Of a stretch of 64,000 nucleotides of DNA, positions 59,101 to 64,000 are shown in pieces; positions within the stretch are counted from its first letter, which is position 1, and each line of letters opens with the position of its first letter. The notes beneath the pieces are model-generated. The model saw only the letters and a program-made list of their open reading frames with translations. It was not told the DNA's origin and did no database searches. Origin of the DNA: Psilocybe cubensis (Eukaryota); contig CM039001.1 in NCBI GenBank assembly GCA_017499595.2, positions 682,001 to 746,000 of the forward strand, written 5' to 3'. A program made the translations under genes and the position numbers.

Positions 59101-61230
59101 CTGCATAAACTGATGGTGAAACTGCATCGGCGACGCCTGCTCAGAATGATTCTGAGCATGCACAGGCACCGGCATATCAGGCGCAGGGTACTCAACCGAC
59201 GGCGGGCGGCGCAGCTCGCTGATTGCGTTTGCGATCCGCACGCGTTTGCCAAAGGCCATGATCCCGATTTCGGTTTTGAGCACGTCGGGTGTGAGTTCGA
59301 GGAGGACGTCGCCTGTTATTTCTTGTTCTGTTTGTATTTTGTATTTTTTTTTTCGGTATAGCATAGTATACGTCGAATATCAGTGAGAAGGAACATAGTG
59401 AAAGAACAACCATCAGTCATCAATCACCAAAAAATCAAAACACAAAAAACACAAAAACAGAAAAGCAGACTCACCAATAAACTTATCACACACATCCGCA
59501 AACCCTTTACTCTTCAACCACTCCACAACCTGCTCAACACTCCATTCCGTCGGATGCACCTTTTTCAAATCCGACTCTTCCTCTCTCAACTGCTGAGACT
59601 CAGCCTGGGACACAGGCGGACTAAACACCGACGCGGCAGGCATTTGCATCTGCGGCGCCGACGCCGACGAGACGATGCTCATGTGCTTCGTGTCCACCAC
59701 CGCAGTGTCGGCAGGCGCTGCGTCGTGTGAAGGGGGAATGATCCCGGTGCTGCTGTTCCGTTTGTGTGTTTCTTGGGATGAGGCTGGGACGAGGGGTGCT
59801 GGTGCGGGCATTGGCACAGGCATCGAAGGTGCTTTCACTTCATCCACAGTGGTAGTGTCGATCACTGCAGCTGCAGGGGCAGGTGCAGGTGCGGGGGCTG
59901 AGGCTGAGGATTCAGCAGCAGGAGCAGCAGGCGGTGGAGGGGAGAACACAGGGAACGAAAGCTGCGCGGCTGTCGCAGTCGGCACATCCGTCTCGTCTCT
60001 CGGCGGAGCAACAACATGATTAATATCCGCATCCGCAATCGTCGACGAGCGCTGCGTAGCCGTCGCCGTCGCCGTGGACGAGAGCTCCTTCTGATGCAAC
60101 ACTCCGTCCTCCTCTTCGCCTTCATCCTCCTCCAATATGTAGTCCCTGCGATGGAAGCGGCTGCCGCGGGTATACTCCCCGCCGCCGTCTGCGTCCTCTT
60201 CGCCATCGCTCTCATCGCTCAGCTCGACCTCAATCGGCGGGGCGATGACACCGCGTCTGGCAACCCCCGAGCCAGACGGGTCTCCAGACGCCAGCATCGC
60301 CTCGAGCTTCTCCGCCTCCTGGATCGCGCGGCGCGCTTTCGCGGCCAACTTGGTCCTCGCGTTCTTATGCCAGTCCTCCCCGCCTCCCGTTCCGTTCCCA
60401 CTACCCCCCGCCAGCGCACCGCCGCCGTCTACATCGCTCAGATCAAAGTCCGTCTCGTCCGTCTCGGTGTCGATGCCGTCGCGCGTGCTCGCAAAGCTGA
60501 AGCTGCGCCCACCATCCGCGTCATCGCCCTCTCCTCCCTCACCATCGCGCGCGCCGCGACCACGACGGCCGAGCTGCTCGATGGCTTTTTGGACGTCCGT
60601 CATGGTCGCTTTCATGACCTCGCCGTCGGGCATGCGTGAGAGGTGGAGCGAGGCGTCCGACTCGGAGTCGTACCCGTTGCCGGTATTGGCCGTGGTGTCG
60701 GTAGTACTCGTTGCATTTGTATTTGTATTTGTGGTGTTGGTGTTGGTGATGGAGGAGGTGGATGTGGAGAGGAAGGATGTGAGGGGCTGTTTGGGCACAG
60801 GGGATAGGATGTCGGGGGCAGGGGGTGACTCGGACTCGGATTCTTCGTGCAGGGGCTGCAGGACTGTCTTGCTGGGAGTTCCGCCGGTAGTGTCTTCAGA
60901 GGCGGGAAGGGTGGAGGCGGCAGAGGCGGGGGGGACGGAAGCGGTATAGCTCACGGGAAACAGGCCGACTTTTCCTAGCAGGTTTCGGCCCTATAATAAA
61001 AATAAATAAGGTCAGATACATTCGTAAGGGGTGGAGTAGGGTAAGAGTAGGCAAGTGTAAAAGCTTATACACGGCATGCAAATCACAGAAGGACAGGGTC
61101 TTACCTGCCACCACCCGTCTCCGTAGAGGTCATCCTTCTCAACGACCTCGATGCGCTCGCCGGCGCGGAAGGAGACCTCATCCTCGTGCTCTGGCTGGAA
61201 GTCATGGAGGGCATAAACGTATTCAGGCAT
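56114..61230 (-). CDS. BOI1: Boi1/Boi2/Pob1-like polarity scaffold (SH3-SAM-PH, plus C-terminal CH-like segment), multi-exon
   Basis: SH3 YALHDFQPEHEDEVSFRAGERIEVVEKDDLYGDGWW; SAM WSVEQVVEWL...EQEITGDVLLEL...FGKRVRI; PH GWMRKKGDRYNSWKLRYFVL...DWMKAIMK. Confidence 0.88.
58507..58540. repeat. (AAAAG)n intronic microsatellite
   Basis: gaaaagaaaagaacagaaaagaaaagaaaagagg. Confidence 0.6.
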
Positions 61231-61586
61231 TATGTGTCAAGTGAGAGAGAGGTATAATCAACTGCGGGAGGGCAGGATGGGGGCAGGTGGGAGAGAAGAA
61301 AGGCGTGATTAGCAAGAAAGTGAATGGCAGGTTGTTGGCGTATGTGTATCGTGTGGATCAAGTCAAATGAAAGCTGCCGGTGTTTGTTATATTGATCTGA
61401 TTCGTCCGGGCGTCGCAAGTCGTAAGATTGTCAACAGCGCAGACCAGAGACTCGGTGGGACAGACCAGAGCCAGGTGGAGAGGTGAGAACAACGGACGCT
61501 TTGTCTTGACTTGCGAATCACACCATAAACTCCCCGCCAATTTCCGATCTAGCACGTGGCTACTGCTACTACAACTATTCTATTTA

Positions 61587-62835
61587 TCAAGGCAATGCTC
61601 TCCCCTCGTTGATTGCATTCGCCACCATGCTTGTGTTTGGTCTGTTGAACGCATATCTGTACCACATCAGCAACAACACACTCTCATATCGCGCATATAC
61701 CCACCTCTCATAGCTGTCCAGATACAGCTGCTCAGTGCTGCACGTCGCCCTGAACGCAGGATGCTCAAATAGCCTGCCGAGCCACCGACTGAACCTCTCT
61801 CCCTCCGGCATCCGGAACCCCCGATAATGCGTCAGCACAATCTTCGCGCGGTACAGCCCTGCCCTCCATGCTCAGACAAAAGAACACACTTCAAACCAAG
61901 ACTTTGCACTCACACGGCCCCGCGACAACGTCCACCCACCCCAGTTCCACCTCTTCGTCTAACCAGAGCCCCAGCCCGCGCCGAAGCATCCTGCGCTCGC
62001 CCTCACCCGCTGCCGCACCCGCGGTAGCCTGCACTACCTCCCTTTCCGCCCGCTCCAAGAGCTTCACTAGCCCCTCCAAGGCCATGTGGAAGTCTTGTCC
62101 AGCCGCGATCTGCTTCTCGCTGTCCTGCGCCTGCAGGTACCGGTAGAACGCAGGCACGAGTGCGCGGTTGACATGGTCTGCTTGAAGTCGCGCGAGCGCA
62201 CGCGCGTCTGTATCCAAATCAGCTGCGCATATACGAGCTTTTTTGAATTACGCACAAGGGTTAGTCACAGGCGGCAAAATACCGCGCTTGGTCGTCGTAG
62301 CCGCCAGACTACATGTACGCGCATACATGAAATAAAAAAACTCTGACAAAACCAAAAAACTCACTCTTCTAAAAACTCCAAGATAACAGAGCTCTCATTC
62401 AACGATCTCGGAGGGTTCTGATACCGATTAAATCTAAGCGCAGGCACGAGTCCTTTCGGGGACACATCCAACAGCTCCTTTGGCTTCTTATACGGGTCCA
62501 CTTCATCTGTGAAATCTTAAATCTCCGCCCAACCTGCTGAACGTACTATAAAAGACGCACAATACTAATTACCCCAAACGCATAAGCCTCAAATCTCAAA
62601 ATAATTATCAATTAACACCCACCTTATACCCAATCCCAAGCACCTCAAGCGCCACCCAAACCCTCTGCACAAACGGACAAAAGCAGCTTCCAAACAGCGT
62701 AATCTCCTCCACCCCCTTCTCATCCGCATGCGCACGCGCAGTGACAAGCGCAGCGCCCGTGCACTCGGTGTGATACACTCTCCCTGCATCCTTGTCCTTG
62801 ATTGATTCAGAAGTTGTATTTGCCGAGGTCGACAT
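61587..62835 (-). CDS. Glutathione S-transferase, Cys-type (omega-like), multi-exon
   Basis: FGSCFCPFVQRVWVALE, EVDPYKKP, SPKGLVPAL, NESSVILEF, LGWVDVVAGPW and F..W..RL..HPAF. Confidence 0.85.
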
Positions 62836-63303
62836 CAGAGTTCGATATTTCAATCTTTAAGTAAGTAAGTAATGGCTCGTTTTGTTAGCGTTTTGGCTGT
62901 GGAAAAGCAGCTCCAATGGTATGTGGGAAGACCAAAGGTTTTGTCTCGAAATAGGGGCTGGTGGCCTGTGCACGCATGACGCGCTTGCGACGCGTGACCT
63001 TCGGCTTCAGCGTGCCGTTTCATTGTCTGGGTTCCAAAATCGCGATTTGCCGTAGTTGCATTTCTTGGCAATGGCACTTGGTCTTTTGGTGATAACTAAC
63101 TCTAACTCTTTCGACTCAGACAACTCCTGCTTGAAGATTCAGAGGTTATATAGTACACATCTACGGTCAAAGTCAGTGTCTGACTGTCAATGTCACTTGG
63201 GTCTTTTTTGATGAGTGAGCCGCCGCAGTGACGGTGAATAGCTAGGTCTTGTTGGTTGAAGATGATAATCAAGCTTTAATATAACCAAGTTCAAATCACT
63301 ATG

Positions 63304-64000
63304 CTATACTGGTTCGTACTTGGGGAGAGATTCAACCCGCTCCGGCTTGCCAATAGTAGATGGTTCTGGTGTGGTTAGGCCGGCCTGTGATGGTGCAGCA
63401 TTTGTCGTGGTTGCTAAGGCTGCCACCTCGCGTCGCATTGTTTCTATCTGGCCTTCTAGCACGTAAATGTATCTTTGTGCGGTCTCAAATGGATCCAGGG
63501 GTTGCGATATGGGAGGAGGAGGAGGAGCGGGAGGAGGTGGAGGTAGAGGTGCTTTCAGTGCTTTTGGTGGTTGTGGTTGTGTGACAGATTCGGTATATGG
63601 GTTGGCAATACGACTATCATTCCCCGTAAGTTGCCGCTTGCGTCGTCTACAATAGACCAGGAGGATTACCAAGAGGCCTAGTACTGCTGGGACTGCAATC
63701 CCCACGGCGATAGGGATAATCTTTGAAGGTTTTGCGTGCTGCTCCACTAATTGGTTTGGGTTGATCTCTGTACTTCCCGATGTACTGCTCGCTGTACTTC
63801 CCAATGTACTGCTCTCTGTACTTCCCGATGTACTGCGCGCTGTACTTCCCGATGTACGGCTTGCTGTACTTCCCAATGTACTGCTCGCTGTACTTCTCAA
63901 TGTACTACTCGCTGTACTTCTTGCCGTACTTCTCAACGTACTACTCGCTTTACTTCTTGCCGTACTTCTCAACGTACTACTCCTTGTACTTCCCGCTGTA
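63304..64000 (-). CDS. Partial single-pass membrane protein with Ser/Thr-rich extracellular repeats (mucin/Mid2-like architecture); 5' end lies outside the window
   Basis: STASSTLG-type repeats, TM helix IIPIAVGIAVPAVLGLLVILLVYC, RRRKR stop-transfer, Pro-rich tail ending LPKYEPV. Confidence 0.75.
   Translation of the reverse strand, partial: TAGSTRSSTLRSTARSKASSTLRSTARSTASSTLRSTASSTLGSTASRTSGSTARSTSGSTESSTLGSTASSTSGSTEINPNQLVEQHAKPSKIIPIAVGIAVPAVLGLLVILLVYCRRRKRQLTGNDSRIANPYTESVTQPQPPKALKAPLPPPPPAPPPPPISQPLDPFETAQRYIYVLEGQIETMRREVAALATTTNAAPSQAGLTTPEPSTIGKPERVESLPKYEPV
63768..64000. repeat. Coding tandem repeat with 12/24-bp period (e.g. CTGTACTTCCCAATGTACTGCTCG)
   Basis: GTACT recurs every 12 bp through to the end of the window. 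Confidence 0.85.

Noticed and set aside
57278-60949. Long antisense and alternative-frame ORFs over the Boi-like gene (similarly over CDC7 and the USP)
   Set aside because: These are shadow ORFs caused by GC-rich low-complexity coding sequence.

Overview
This is eukaryotic, intron-rich DNA that looks like an agaric (mushroom-forming basidiomycete) genome; the taxon is inferred from gene families and intron style. Conserved genes: an ACS-type MFS transporter, Cdc7 kinase, intron-containing tRNA-Arg(UCG), a membrane-anchored ubiquitin-specific protease, a DUF1992 protein, PPIL4 cyclophilin-RRM, P5C dehydrogenase, a Boi/Pob1-like SH3-SAM-PH protein and an omega-like GST. These are interleaved with families typically expanded in Agaricomycetes (DUF6534, FunK1 kinase, BTB, DUF4470-MYND). 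The main result is a family of six two-exon genes, four on the minus strand at 7.1-12.9 kb and two on the plus strand at 29.4-30.8 kb. After manual splicing they encode 102-113 aa secreted prepro-proteins with a Kex2-type site and an 8-Cys hydrophobin-like core of non-canonical spacing (C-X7-CC-X18-C-X10-C-X8-CC-X16-20-C). One member is split by a 1,134-bp non-autonomous DNA transposon with a perfect 9-bp TSD (Mutator-like). Also seen: a pseudogenised DUF4470-MYND paralog, a decayed alpha/beta-hydrolase, a degenerate tandem copy of the Boi-like gene's 3' end, a perfect 17-bp hairpin and two GC-AG introns. All gene models were spliced by eye and no database searches were run.
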